Notes under the pieces: model-generated | Databases searched by the model: none | What the model saw: the letters and a program-made list of their open reading frames with translations, nothing else | What the model was told of the DNA's origin: nothing | Assembly: GCA_030744915.1 (NCBI GenBank) | Contig: JASLPO010000019.1 | Span: forward strand, 28,410-92,409 | Length of the DNA stretch: 64,000 nt | Direction: 5' to 3' | Origin: Gammaproteobacteria bacterium | GTDB lineage: Bacteria; Pseudomonadota; Gammaproteobacteria; Pseudomonadales; Pseudohongiellaceae | Program-made: the position numbers and the translations under genes | Part shown: in pieces, positions 1 through 9,839 of the stretch | Position numbering within the stretch: the stretch's first letter is position 1 | How the letters are laid out: each line of letters opens with the position of its first letter

Positions 1-29
1 ATCAGTATAGCTCTGTGACTGACCGGTGC

Positions 30-1649
30 CTAGAAGCAATCTGCACTTGCCCGTAACCAATCGTCACGGTAAGATTCGGGGATAGCGCCACTGAGAAGTT
101 GCCGTTCATCCAAGGGGCAATAAATCTGGTCGAAATTCTTCGTACCGCCTTCACAACGGCTGTACAAGTCGGCGGGTGTAAGCTTGGAAGGGTTGTCGAA
201 TCCCATTGCTCCGCAGAGTTCCAGGAAGGCATGCACCGTGGCGTGGTGAAAGTTTCTCACGCGATCGGACTTCTCAAAGACATCGATAGCCCGGGCCCGG
301 GATGGGTTCTGTGTGGCGATGCCGGTGGGGCAATGATTGGTATTGCAATTTTTAGCTTGCACGCAACCCAATGCCATCATCATCGAGCGGGCGGCATTGA
401 CAGCATCAGCGCCGACGATGATCTTCTCCAACATGTCGAAACCCGTAGCAGTCTGACCCGCAGCGATGAGTTTGATGTGCTGGCGCAGGCCGGTGCCAAT
501 CAAAGCCTGATTCACGTAATAGGTCGCTTCGAGGCAGGGTATCCCCAGCCGATTGGAGAATTCAACCGGAGCCGCGCCGGTACCGCCCTCGGCGCCATCG
601 ATAGTAATAAAATCCGGCAGAATATTGCTTTCCAGCATGGCTTTTACGATGGCCAGAAATTCAGTTTTCCTGCCGAGGCAAAGCTTGAATCCGATGGGCT
701 TGCCATCGCTGAGTTTGCGCAGGCGAGCGACAAATTGAAGTAATCCACCGGGCGAATCGAACTCCGGATGAGTCGCGGGTGAGAGGACAGTCTTGCCAGC
801 CTCGACCAGGCGAATGGCGGCGATTTCTTCGGTGACTTTGGCGCCGGGCAGCATACCGCCATGGGAGGGTTTTGCTCCCTGGGAAATTTTAATTTCAATC
901 ATCTTCACGACACCGAGACTGGCACGCTCGGAAAAGGCCACATCGTTGAACGAGCCATCGGCGTTGCGGCAACCGAAGTAACCGGTACCTAACTGCCAGA
1001 TAATATCGCCTCCATGTGCCAGATGATGCTCGCTGATGCTCCCTTCCCCGGTGTTGTGTGCAAAATCGCCTTTTGCCGCTCCCAGGTTAAGCGCCTCGAT
1101 TGCCTTGGCACTCAGGGCACCGAAACTCATCGCTGAAATATTCAGACGGGAGGCACTGTAGGGTTGCTTGCAATCCGGCCCACCAACGGTAATCCGTTCA
1201 TGTTCATCGGCGACCACTACTGACTTAATCGAGTGAGCCAGACTGCGATAACCTTCTGAAAGAATTTCCTGTTCGGTACCGAAAGGCAGTGTATCGTTGG
1301 CACCCTTGGCTCTCCGATAGACAAGGTTGCGCCGTTCTCGGCTGAAAGGCTTCTCTTCAACATTATTGGCGATAAAGTATTGGTGAATTTCAGGACGAAT
1401 ATACTCCAACATGTAACGCATGTTAGCCAGCACGGGATAGTTTCGGCGCAAATTACTGGCTGAGAACATTAGTTCATATGCGCCCACGCCAGTCCATGCC
1501 AACAGAATCAAAAAGATTGTGAGTTGTAGGGGAGCATCAGAAAGAGCCGTTGGCGACAGATTGAATTCAGTGGTTAACAGTAGCCACAACAGACTCAGTG
1601 GCATGAAGATCAGGGCAATTGCCCAATACATTCGAACGACCGGAGTCAT
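30..1649 (-). CDS. FMN-binding glutamate synthase family protein (GltB FMN-domain-like, membrane anchored)
   Basis: 539-aa ORF. Two N-terminal hydrophobic helices precede a core with motifs ISQGAKPSHGGMLPG and DGAEGGTGAAP, typical of the glutamate synthase FMN domain family. Confidence 0.8.
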   Translation of the reverse strand: MTPVVRMYWAIALIFMPLSLLWLLLTTEFNLSPTALSDAPLQLTIFLILLAWTGVGAYELMFSASNLRRNYPVLANMRYMLEYIRPEIHQYFIANNVEEKPFSRERRNLVYRRAKGANDTLPFGTEQEILSEGYRSLAHSIKSVVVADEHERITVGGPDCKQPYSASRLNISAMSFGALSAKAIEALNLGAAKGDFAHNTGEGSISEHHLAHGGDIIWQLGTGYFGCRNADGSFNDVAFSERASLGVVKMIEIKISQGAKPSHGGMLPGAKVTEEIAAIRLVEAGKTVLSPATHPEFDSPGGLLQFVARLRKLSDGKPIGFKLCLGRKTEFLAIVKAMLESNILPDFITIDGAEGGTGAAPVEFSNRLGIPCLEATYYVNQALIGTGLRQHIKLIAAGQTATGFDMLEKIIVGADAVNAARSMMMALGCVQAKNCNTNHCPTGIATQNPSRARAIDVFEKSDRVRNFHHATVHAFLELCGAMGFDNPSKLTPADLYSRCEGGTKNFDQIYCPLDERQLLSGAIPESYRDDWLRASADCF

Positions 1650-1692
1650 TAGCTCACCTCGGCTCTCGCTGCTTCGAGAGCAGATCGGTTCC

Positions 1693-2406
1693 TCAAAAAT
1701 TCATTACAAACGTTACAGCGGTTTCAGTATCTGTTTCTTCGCGACCCGGTGGAACATCCGTCTGGTGTTTAATCTTCAGTGAAAGACGCAGGGATAGATT
1801 CTCAAGAATCTGGGTTTCGATGCTGCTTTCCGATCGATAGATGGTGGCATCAGATCCGAATTCCGTGCTGAGCTCCTGGCTAAAAACCGCTGAATTGGAA
1901 ACAGCCCAGTTATAGTCTCCGGCCAGACGCAGTATCGGCTCTTCGAAATCGGAATCATCCAGCCGTGACCAGCGAATACCGAGACCGGCATTCAGTGTTA
2001 GCCCCATGTCGGCTCTGTTCTGTAGAAATAGAGTACCGTAGCTGAAAGTGAGGTCAGACTGGCTGTCGAAACCGCTGAAGCGGTCATCTTCATGAGAAAA
2101 ACGACTCTGGAAGAAACTGTCGTCAGATATCTCGTAATCGGCGCTGGCGATACCATACCAGCGCTGACCTTTTATCTCGTTTTCGCTGGAAGAGTACAGG
2201 GCGTCGAGTGAAAAATCGTAATTCCAACGACCTCTGTCAAGATTGATTGAGCCAGCGAAATTGAGGGATTGTTCCTCAGTATTACCGGATGTGAACAGGC
2301 CACCGAGTTCAATTTCCCGGGTAATTCCATTTTCCTCTTGAGCTATTACCGATGTGCTCATCACGGCGATAAAGGAAGATAGCAATAATCTGTTCGGTGA
2401 TTTCAT
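1693..2406 (-). CDS. DUF481 (YdiY-like) outer-membrane beta-barrel protein
   Basis: The ORF was trimmed to the ATG at 2404-2406 (MKSPNRLLLSSFIAVMSTSVIAQE signal peptide). It has alternating beta-strand-like composition and a C-terminal aromatic residue (F), resembling DUF481 proteins. Confidence 0.6.
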   Translation of the reverse strand: MKSPNRLLLSSFIAVMSTSVIAQEENGITREIELGGLFTSGNTEEQSLNFAGSINLDRGRWNYDFSLDALYSSSENEIKGQRWYGIASADYEISDDSFFQSRFSHEDDRFSGFDSQSDLTFSYGTLFLQNRADMGLTLNAGLGIRWSRLDDSDFEEPILRLAGDYNWAVSNSAVFSQELSTEFGSDATIYRSESSIETQILENLSLRLSLKIKHQTDVPPGREETDTETAVTFVMNF

Positions 2407-2662
2407 GTCCTGACTTTCCTGGTTGCTACTGGTCGTACTACAGTTTTTCGGCACACTTCGCTGATGGCTTAGCGCTGGAAATACCCGGTGAATCACAGAG
2501 TTAGGGCTTCTCAGCCGCTATTGCCCTATTGACTGGGTCGCAGCGCTACTATCGTACGAGTTTTCTGGAGTTAGCGATTCTTTTGGAGTATAAGGCAGCA
2601 ATACCCGTTGAGGCGGTCGAAATTGCAGATTTATTTGCCTGGAGCCTTGTTTTCCCCCTCTG

Positions 2663-3157
2663 ATGAAAACCCTCTTCCTTCTGCGCCACGCCAAATCCAG
2701 TTGGGACGATCCAGAGCTGAAAGATTTTGAACGGCCCCTTGCCAGCCGGGGTACCGCCGATGTACCGGTGATGGCAGCACGTTTTCAGGACCGGGGCGGG
2801 CAGGTGGCGTGCATCATTTGCAGCCCGGCGAATCGTGCCAAGTCTACGGCCAGGCTATTTGCTAAAAATATTGAGTTTGATGTAGATGACATTATCAGCA
2901 ACCCGGAGTTGTACTTCGCCGGTACACAAATGTTCCTGAAGGCAGCCAGTCATGTGGACGAAACCTGTGATTCGGCCATGCTGGTGGGTCATAATCCCGC
3001 CATCACCGAGTTTGCAAATGTAATGGCGAATTGCGATATTGATTACATTCCCACCTGTGGCTTGGTTGAGATGAGGCTGCCCATTGAGTATTGGAACGAT
3101 ATAGATACCGGCATGGCGGATCTGCTGGAATTTGACTATCCAAAGAAATCAAAATGA
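2663..3157 (+). CDS. histidine phosphatase family protein (SixA-type)
   Basis: 164 aa. Contains the N-terminal LLRHAKS catalytic-His motif and a later GHNP motif, at SixA-like size. Confidence 0.7.
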   Translation: MKTLFLLRHAKSSWDDPELKDFERPLASRGTADVPVMAARFQDRGGQVACIICSPANRAKSTARLFAKNIEFDVDDIISNPELYFAGTQMFLKAASHVDETCDSAMLVGHNPAITEFANVMANCDIDYIPTCGLVEMRLPIEYWNDIDTGMADLLEFDYPKKSK

Positions 3158-3636
3158 AAACTACACTCATTAGAATTTTTTCCTTCCTGGTTACCCTGGC
3201 ACTGCCTGTGTTGTTGTTGACTGCCTGTTCTGATTCGGAATCGGTCTCAGTTCCGCAGACTGAGCAAACTGGAACTGCTTCCACATCGAGATGGTATAGC
3301 AATGAACAGGCGGTTACCGGCGCCGAGGTATTTGCCCGTAACTGTGCGGTGTGCCATGGTGAAAATGCCGAAGGCTTAGTAAGCGATTGGCGGCAGCGCC
3401 TGGATGATGGCTCCCTGCCACCACCACCGCTGAATGGGACCGCACACGCCTGGCACCATCCAAATGCAGTATTGTTGCAGGTAATCAATAATGGAGGTGC
3501 GGCGTTCGGTGGCAAGATGCCGGCATTTGCCGAAGTCCTGGATGAATCCGAGAAGCTGGCAGCAATCGCCTATTTTCAGAATTTCTGGAGTGATAAAATC
3601 TATGCACAATGGACCCAGATCGGTGGCTCCAATTAG
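3154..3636 (+). CDS. c-type cytochrome (lipoprotein)
   Basis: The ATGA start overlaps the stop of the preceding gene. It has a lipobox-like LLLTAC, a single CAVCH haem-binding motif and a distal Met region (GGKMPAF). Confidence 0.75.
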   Translation: MKTTLIRIFSFLVTLALPVLLLTACSDSESVSVPQTEQTGTASTSRWYSNEQAVTGAEVFARNCAVCHGENAEGLVSDWRQRLDDGSLPPPPLNGTAHAWHHPNAVLLQVINNGGAAFGGKMPAFAEVLDESEKLAAIAYFQNFWSDKIYAQWTQIGGSN

Positions 3637-4567
3637 AGCTTCGTTCTCGCTTCTTTATATACTACTGCTCTGTTCGAGCCTTCCTGCTGTCGCACAGCTT
3701 GAACCAATCCGGGAGTGGGAATCTGCGCTCTATGCCGATAATCCACTGGTGGGCCGGATATGGAGTAGCGCATCGGCTGACTTTATAGATAGCCAACAGC
3801 TGATTCAGTCCATTGAAGGTGCCAGCTACCTTTTATTGGGCGAGAAACATGACAACCCCGATCACCATGCTCTACAGCTGCTACTGCTGGAGCACGTAAT
3901 TAGCCAGGGACGTGCCAACAGTATCGCCTTCGAAATGATGGATAGCGATGCGCAGGAATTGTTGGACGACATCGGCCAGCAAGAACTGGCGACGCTGAGC
4001 GACCTCAAGACTTATCTGGGATGGGATGAAGAAGCCTGGGATTGGGAATTTTATGGCCCACTGCTCCAGGCGGTTTATGCGGCGGATCTGCCACTGACTG
4101 CTGCCAATATCACCAGTGCCACAATGGGCCGTGTCTACAGTGAGGAAACACCACCAGCGATAGCACGCGTTCTCGATGAGGAAACCATGCAGCAGCTGAA
4201 CCGGGATATCGATGAGAGTCACTGTGGGTTGCTGCCGGAATCCCAGTTTCCCGCCATGGTCAGAGTGCAGCAGACCAGGGATTACACGATGGCCCACAGC
4301 ATGGCTATTCCCGAGACTGGCAAAACAACCCTGTTGATCGCTGGCAACTACCACGCGCGTCACGACCTGGGAGTGCCAAATTATTTGTTGGCCAGAGATG
4401 AGCAACTTAAGCGCAGCGACATTCTGGCGCTTTCGTTCATGGAAGTGGAGCCAGGGGAGGAAGACCCTTCAGCCTATCTCCAGCAATTCATGTCCCAGCC
4501 GGCCTTTGACTATATCTGGTTTACTCCAGTTATCTCCGACGAGGATTACTGCGCGTCACTTCAATAG
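3602..4567 (+). CDS. ChaN family lipoprotein / haem-binding uptake-like protein
   Basis: Trimmed to the ATG at 3602, which is followed by a signal peptide (LLYILLLCSSLPAVAQ). The GEKHDNPDHH motif is characteristic of ChaN/DUF399. The start overlaps the cytochrome c 3' end. Confidence 0.65.
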   Translation: MHNGPRSVAPIRASFSLLYILLLCSSLPAVAQLEPIREWESALYADNPLVGRIWSSASADFIDSQQLIQSIEGASYLLLGEKHDNPDHHALQLLLLEHVISQGRANSIAFEMMDSDAQELLDDIGQQELATLSDLKTYLGWDEEAWDWEFYGPLLQAVYAADLPLTAANITSATMGRVYSEETPPAIARVLDEETMQQLNRDIDESHCGLLPESQFPAMVRVQQTRDYTMAHSMAIPETGKTTLLIAGNYHARHDLGVPNYLLARDEQLKRSDILALSFMEVEPGEEDPSAYLQQFMSQPAFDYIWFTPVISDEDYCASLQ

Positions 4568-4650
4568 TTAGCAGTAGCCGGCATTATCCAATGCTTGAAT
4601 AAAGCCTGGAATCTAGAGAAACTTGCAGCACACGAGTGATTTGCACCCCG

Positions 4651-5445
4651 ATGAGACTGAATCTACTAAACAAGCTGGCCAGCGGCCTGCTGATACTACT
4701 GCTGACCGCTCCTGCTCTGGCGCAGGTTTATCCCCGGATATCTGGCAACCAGGACCCGATCTATGACCTCGGTTATGACGAAGCCGGTGAGTTCAATTTC
4801 GTGCGAGTCCAGTTTGATACTTATTACGGCCGAGGCTTTGGATACGGCCCCTGGTCGATAGACTTTCCCGATGCTGATATGAATTTTCTGCGCGGTGTAT
4901 CCCGTCTCACAAACATACGCGTGATGAGCGATCCTATCGTGCTGCGCTTCGATGATGATGCGATCTTCGACTACCCTTTCCTCTACATGCTCGAAGTAGG
5001 TCAGGGAGGTGGTCTTATTCTGAGCCCGGGAGAAATCGAAAACTTGCGAGAGTACCTTCTAAGGGGTGGTTTTCTATTGATCGATGATTTCTGGGGACAA
5101 CAGCAATACAATAATTTTTTGGCGGCCTTCAGCCAGGTTTTTCCGGACCGGGAAATCATCGAGCTGAAACCGGATCATGAAATCTTTCATGTGTATTACG
5201 ATATCGATGGGCCGCAGCTCATTCCCGCACTGTTTCGCAGCGATGAATATGGCGAACAGGGAATCGACTACGCCAGCAACCATGCCATACTGGATGACTC
5301 TGGCCGGGTGATGGTGCTGATTAACTGGAATTCAGACATGGGCGATGGCTGGGAGCATACCTACCATCCTGCCTACCCGACTCGTTATGCGAATTCAGCC
5401 TACCGTCTTGGAATTAACTACTTGATGTATTCTATGACGCACTAA
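4651..5445 (+). CDS. DUF4159-like secreted protein
   Basis: Signal peptide LLILLLTAPALAQ. The motifs FNFVRVQF and WSIDFPDADMNFLRGV resemble DUF4159 as I remember it. The ATG at 4651 is preferred over the GTG at 4636. Confidence 0.5.
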   Translation: MRLNLLNKLASGLLILLLTAPALAQVYPRISGNQDPIYDLGYDEAGEFNFVRVQFDTYYGRGFGYGPWSIDFPDADMNFLRGVSRLTNIRVMSDPIVLRFDDDAIFDYPFLYMLEVGQGGGLILSPGEIENLREYLLRGGFLLIDDFWGQQQYNNFLAAFSQVFPDREIIELKPDHEIFHVYYDIDGPQLIPALFRSDEYGEQGIDYASNHAILDDSGRVMVLINWNSDMGDGWEHTYHPAYPTRYANSAYRLGINYLMYSMTH

Positions 5446-5450
5446 CGTTC

Positions 5451-5487
5451 AAGAGACAAGAAACAAGAGACAAGAGACAAGAAAAAG
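5451..5487. repeat. purine-rich heptamer tandem repeat (AGACAAG-like, about 5 copies)
   Basis: The sequence aagagacaag aaacaag agacaag agacaag aaaaag is read directly. It lies 18 nt upstream of the VOC gene ATG. Confidence 0.7.
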
Positions 5488-5504
5488 CACAATAGGGATC
5501 ATCT

Positions 5505-6284
5505 ATGAAAAAGCTTAGCTTGGTAGTTTTATTCACAGTTCTGTTTACATCTAAAAGTATTGCCACTCCTTATGATCATATTCACTTGACTGCTACTAAT
5601 GCACTCGAGGCGGTGAACTGGTATGTCAAGCATTTTGGGGGTGAGGCTGGTCGTTTTAATCGTGGGGGTGGGGATGAGGTTTACCCTATCGATAGAGTTT
5701 TCTATGACGATATAGCGGTGATTTTTTTCGAGCGTGAACCCACCGGTGGTTCTGTGGGTACCGGTGTGGATCATTTTGGTTTCTCGATGAGCAACGTCGA
5801 GGAGGTTGTTGCCGACGTCGTGGCAGATGGAGGCACGCAGCTCGGAGATTTTGTCGAATTCAGTGGCAAGCAAATCGCCTTCGTTGAAGATCCCTGGGGT
5901 ACCAAGATCGAGCTCATCAACGATCCGGATCTCAGAGGCATGCACCATTTGCATCTGTCATCGCCAGATCCGGAAGGGACGCTGGCGTGGTATTCGGAAA
6001 ACTTCGGCGGGGAGAGTGACTCCTTTGCTGGTGTGCTTCCGGGCCTGGACTATGGAGACATCTGGTTGCTGGTGGCCAGGACCGCTGAAACTCCTGCTCC
6101 CACCCTGGGTCGTAGTATGGATCATCTGGGTTGGAGATTTCCGGACCTGACTGCCGCCGCAGAACAGCTGAAGTCCAATGGCGTGGTGTTTTCGATGGAT
6201 CCCAGACCATTTCGGGGGATTCGAATTTCCTTCGTCGAAGGGCCGGATGGTGTACGCATCGAAGTGGTGGAAGTGGCTGACTAA
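5505..6284 (+). CDS. secreted VOC (glyoxalase/bleomycin resistance/dioxygenase) family protein, two tandem domains
   Basis: An SD (aggga) and a signal peptide are present. There are two repeats of the HIHLT.../HHLHLS... and DHFGF/DHLGW metal-ligand-like motifs. Confidence 0.75.
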   Translation: MKKLSLVVLFTVLFTSKSIATPYDHIHLTATNALEAVNWYVKHFGGEAGRFNRGGGDEVYPIDRVFYDDIAVIFFEREPTGGSVGTGVDHFGFSMSNVEEVVADVVADGGTQLGDFVEFSGKQIAFVEDPWGTKIELINDPDLRGMHHLHLSSPDPEGTLAWYSENFGGESDSFAGVLPGLDYGDIWLLVARTAETPAPTLGRSMDHLGWRFPDLTAAAEQLKSNGVVFSMDPRPFRGIRISFVEGPDGVRIEVVEVAD

Positions 6285-6288
6285 ACAA

Positions 6289-6388
6289 AAAATGGGGTCA
6301 GAGTAAAAATACAGTAGTTTTTTTGAAAATGCAGTAGTTTCAGTAGTTCTTTACCTAAACTACTGTATTTTTACTCTGACCCCATTTT
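6289..6388. repeat. perfect 32-bp inverted repeat (arms 6289-6320 and 6357-6388) with 36-nt loop; probable bidirectional terminator or REP/MITE-like element
   Basis: The arm aaaatggggtcagagtaaaaatacagtagttt has an exact reverse complement. It fills the convergent gap between the VOC gene and aceE, and the right arm overlaps the aceE stop codon. The loop and arm carry cagtagtt(t/c) three times in direct orientation. Confidence 0.85.
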
Positions 6389-9059
6389 AACGACTTGACG
6401 GGTCCACTTTGTCCACATCGACATCGAGATTCTTCAGCTGTTGCTTCAGAGTCGTGTTATCGATTGACTCGTTGCGAAACAAAGCTACCAATGCAGCATG
6501 GCAGATGTAGTCGGGGCTGATCTCGAAATAGTCGCGCAAATCCGCTCGTGACTCACTCAAGCCATAGCCATCGGTTCCAAGTGGCGTGAAGTTTTCCGGC
6601 ATCCAGCTGGAGATGCTGTTGGGCAATGCCTTCATGTAATCTGACACTGCCACATACACACCACTGGTTTTGAAGAACAGCTGCTTAATGAAGGGAGCGC
6701 GGGCTTTCTTGAACGGATGCAGCCGATTGTCCCGTTCGCATTGTTCCGCTTCACGATACAATTCGTTATAGCTGGTGACACTCCAGATGGACACGCCGTA
6801 TCCCAGGGCCTCCAGCTTTTCCCTGGCACATAGAACCTGCTGCATGATGGAGCCGCTGCCCAGTAGGTGGATCTGGGATTTCTGTTCGGACTCAGTGGAA
6901 TAGAAAAGATAAGCCCCGGCGAGTATGCCTTCCGGAACAGACCTCGTCTTCGGCAGCGATGGCATTACATAGTTTTCATTGTAGGCCGTGATGTAGTAGA
7001 AAATGTTTTCCTGTTCCTCGTACATGCGGCGAATTCCTTCCCGGACTATCACCACCAATTCGTAGCCAAAGGCAGGGTCATAACTCTTCAGGTTGGGGTA
7101 GGTATTGGCAACTACCTGCGAGTGTCCATCCTGGTGTTGAATGCCTTCGCCGTTCAGCGTGGTTCTACCGGCGGTACCTCCAATCAGGAATCCGCGGCAC
7201 AGGCTATCTCCGCAGGTCCAGATCATGTCACCAACCCGTTGGAAGCCGAACATGGAATAGAAGAAGTAGAACGGAATCATCGGCAGGCCGTGAATGGAAT
7301 AGGCAGTACCGGCGGCCAGGAAGGAAGCCAGGGCGCCAGTCTCGCAGATGCCTTCCTGCAGAATCTGGCCATCTTCGGCTTCCCGATAAGCCACCAATGT
7401 GTCGGCATCCACCGGCGTATAGCGCTGCCCCTGTAAGGAAAATATCCCGGCAATCTTGAACAAGGCTTCCAGCCCGAAAGTGCGCGCCTCATCCGGCACG
7501 ATGGGAACGATGTACTTGTTCAATGATTTGTCCCGCAGCAGGATCGAAAGGATGCGTACCAGCGACATGGTACTGGACTGAGGGCGTGTACTGGATGGAT
7601 AGATTAAGGAGTCGAAGCTGCTAAGCGGCGGAGGTGAAAGTTTGGCGCATTTACTCTGCCGGATTGGAATCTGTCCACCAAGCGACTCACGTCTGGTTTT
7701 GAGATACTGGATTTCCTCACTGGCTTCGATCGGTTTGTAAAATTCGGCATTGATGATGGCCTCGTCAGACAGTGGAATGCCAAAATTCCTGGCGATGGCG
7801 AGGCGCTGTTTGCCATCCAGGATCTTCTTCGAGTGTACGGTGTTGCTGCCTTCGGCGCCGATAATGCCATCACCCTTCACAGTCTTGACCAGGATTACTG
7901 TTGGCTTGCCATTAGCGGTAATAGCCTTCTGGTAGGCCGCATAGATTTTAGCCACATCCTGCCCGCCACGCTTGATCTGCTTGACCTCATCGTCGCTCAG
8001 GGCGTTCATCATTTGTTCCAGTTCGGCGTTGCCATCGACCCAGTGCTCGCGCTGCCTGTCTCCGGGTAATACCGAGTAGCGTTGGTAGTCACCATCGACA
8101 CATTCTTCCATGCGCCTGCGCAAGGTATGGTTGACGTCTTGCGCCAACAGCTTGTCCCAGCCGCCCCCCCAGATCACCTTGATGATGTTCCAGCCAGAGC
8201 CTGTGAAGGAGGCTTCCAGTTCCTGGATAATCTTGCTATTGCCCCGCACCGGACCGTCCAGCCGTTGCAGGTTGCAATTCACCACCAGAATCAAGTTATC
8301 GAGTTTCTCTCGTGCCGCGATGTTGATGCTTCCCAGCACCTCCGGCTCATCGGTTTCGCCATCGCCGATGTAGCACCACACCTTGCCACCCAGTTTGGGT
8401 TTTAAGCCGCGGTTCTCCAGGTACTTGGCGAAGCGTGCCTGGTAGATCGCGGTTGGGGTCGACAGGCCCATCGATGCATTGGCGAGTTGCCAGTATTCGG
8501 GCATGGAGCGTGGGTGAGGGTAGGAGGTGAGACCGCCTGCCGGGTGTAATTCGCGGCGGTAATTATCCAGCAGTTGCTTCTCCAATACACCCTCGAGCCA
8601 GGATCGAGCGTACACACCGGGGGAGGTATGGGGCTGCAGGATTACCAGGTCCCCGCCGTAGTCGTCGGAACGCTTGCGAAAGAAATGATTAAAGCCCACT
8701 TCCATCATGGTAGCCGCCGAGGCATAGGTGGCAATGTGTCCACCGACACCGGAGCCCGAATCCTGTCCCTGTAATACCATGGCCATGGCATTCCAGCGCA
8801 GAATATTCTCGATGCGTTGTTCGACTTCCGAGTCGCCGGGATAGGCAGGTTGGTCTGCTAATGAGATGGTATTCAGATAGGGAGTATTAACCGCAACATC
8901 GCTGCCACCGATGCTGTTCTCGCTGCGCCAGTGCGAGAGACTACGGAGAATCTGCTGCACGCCTTCGGCGCCGTAATTCTCGTAGATGTCTGCGATGGCT
9001 TCGAGCCATTCTTGCTTGTCTTCACTAATCCCAGCGTCTGTGGGCGGCGTGCTGTTCAT
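6387..9059 (-). CDS. aceE: pyruvate dehydrogenase E1 component, homodimeric type
   Basis: 890 aa. Length and sequence throughout are typical of AceE (TPP-binding GDGE..NCNLQRLDGPVRGN region). Confidence 0.95.
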   Translation of the reverse strand: MNSTPPTDAGISEDKQEWLEAIADIYENYGAEGVQQILRSLSHWRSENSIGGSDVAVNTPYLNTISLADQPAYPGDSEVEQRIENILRWNAMAMVLQGQDSGSGVGGHIATYASAATMMEVGFNHFFRKRSDDYGGDLVILQPHTSPGVYARSWLEGVLEKQLLDNYRRELHPAGGLTSYPHPRSMPEYWQLANASMGLSTPTAIYQARFAKYLENRGLKPKLGGKVWCYIGDGETDEPEVLGSINIAAREKLDNLILVVNCNLQRLDGPVRGNSKIIQELEASFTGSGWNIIKVIWGGGWDKLLAQDVNHTLRRRMEECVDGDYQRYSVLPGDRQREHWVDGNAELEQMMNALSDDEVKQIKRGGQDVAKIYAAYQKAITANGKPTVILVKTVKGDGIIGAEGSNTVHSKKILDGKQRLAIARNFGIPLSDEAIINAEFYKPIEASEEIQYLKTRRESLGGQIPIRQSKCAKLSPPPLSSFDSLIYPSSTRPQSSTMSLVRILSILLRDKSLNKYIVPIVPDEARTFGLEALFKIAGIFSLQGQRYTPVDADTLVAYREAEDGQILQEGICETGALASFLAAGTAYSIHGLPMIPFYFFYSMFGFQRVGDMIWTCGDSLCRGFLIGGTAGRTTLNGEGIQHQDGHSQVVANTYPNLKSYDPAFGYELVVIVREGIRRMYEEQENIFYYITAYNENYVMPSLPKTRSVPEGILAGAYLFYSTESEQKSQIHLLGSGSIMQQVLCAREKLEALGYGVSIWSVTSYNELYREAEQCERDNRLHPFKKARAPFIKQLFFKTSGVYVAVSDYMKALPNSISSWMPENFTPLGTDGYGLSESRADLRDYFEISPDYICHAALVALFRNESIDNTTLKQQLKNLDVDVDKVDPSSR

Positions 9060-9278
9060 GCTACCGAGTCTAAAGCGGTCCAGCCATCGAAGCTAGCCTG
9101 TGGACTCACTAAAAGGTAGTAGTATTCTTCCTCTTCGGTTCAGAGGATTCCCTGGTAGTGAACCGTGTAATCTGGCCAATCGTTACTCAGCTATTGCTGG
9201 CCAGCAGCGTGCAGGCATTGGCTCTGGAAGATCATGAGTGTGGTACTGCAACCGGGAAGCCCATCCCATTGTCCCCAC

Positions 9279-9839
9279 TTACTCGGAGTTGGACGGCTTT
9301 TCGCTGGATTCTTCCCTGGTGGCCAGATAATCCAGAATCAGCGCAGCATCGTGTTCCACGCAGCTCGCGCTATTTTGGTACATGTACTCGGCAGTCAGCT
9401 GCTGGATATGCTCTGCCATAGCAATCGTGTCCTTGAACGTCTGTATCTCCATCGGTGGCAGACCGCGATTGAGATAGAAATCCGTTAGCAGGCGTAGCTG
9501 TTTCTGGCTCAGGTTGTCGGCGAGGATCCTGGCGATTCCGGGCTGGAATTTTTCCCAGGCATACACATCGACGTAGCAGGCTGCAATAGAGTTCTTGATT
9601 TGCTCGGGCAGGGTGATTTCGGCCGACATGCTGACGATGCTGGCATAGGTTCGCAGAATGCCGCGAGTCTGTCGCAGGGCCAGGGAATCGAAGTGTTTGC
9701 CCATGTTGGTTACCCGCAGCAATCGGTTCGCATCGCGAATAGCATCAGCGTTTGCGTAGCCGGAAACGAGTAACAGACTCGCGATCAGGCAGAAGCTGGC
9801 GGATCTAAGAGGATTGCTAATCTTCACAGGTGATTTCAC
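9279..9839 (-). CDS. hypothetical secreted/periplasmic protein
   Basis: 186 aa with a GTG start and signal peptide FCLIASLLLVSGYANA. No family was recognised with confidence. Confidence 0.5.
   Translation of the reverse strand: MKSPVKISNPLRSASFCLIASLLLVSGYANADAIRDANRLLRVTNMGKHFDSLALRQTRGILRTYASIVSMSAEITLPEQIKNSIAACYVDVYAWEKFQPGIARILADNLSQKQLRLLTDFYLNRGLPPMEIQTFKDTIAMAEHIQQLTAEYMYQNSASCVEHDAALILDYLATREESSEKPSNSE

Noticed and set aside
99-743. 214-aa plus-strand ORF, with similar antisense ORFs inside aceE, mutL, nnr and radA
   Set aside because: They are fully embedded antisense to strongly supported conserved genes, which is typical of open shadow frames in about 52%-GC DNA.
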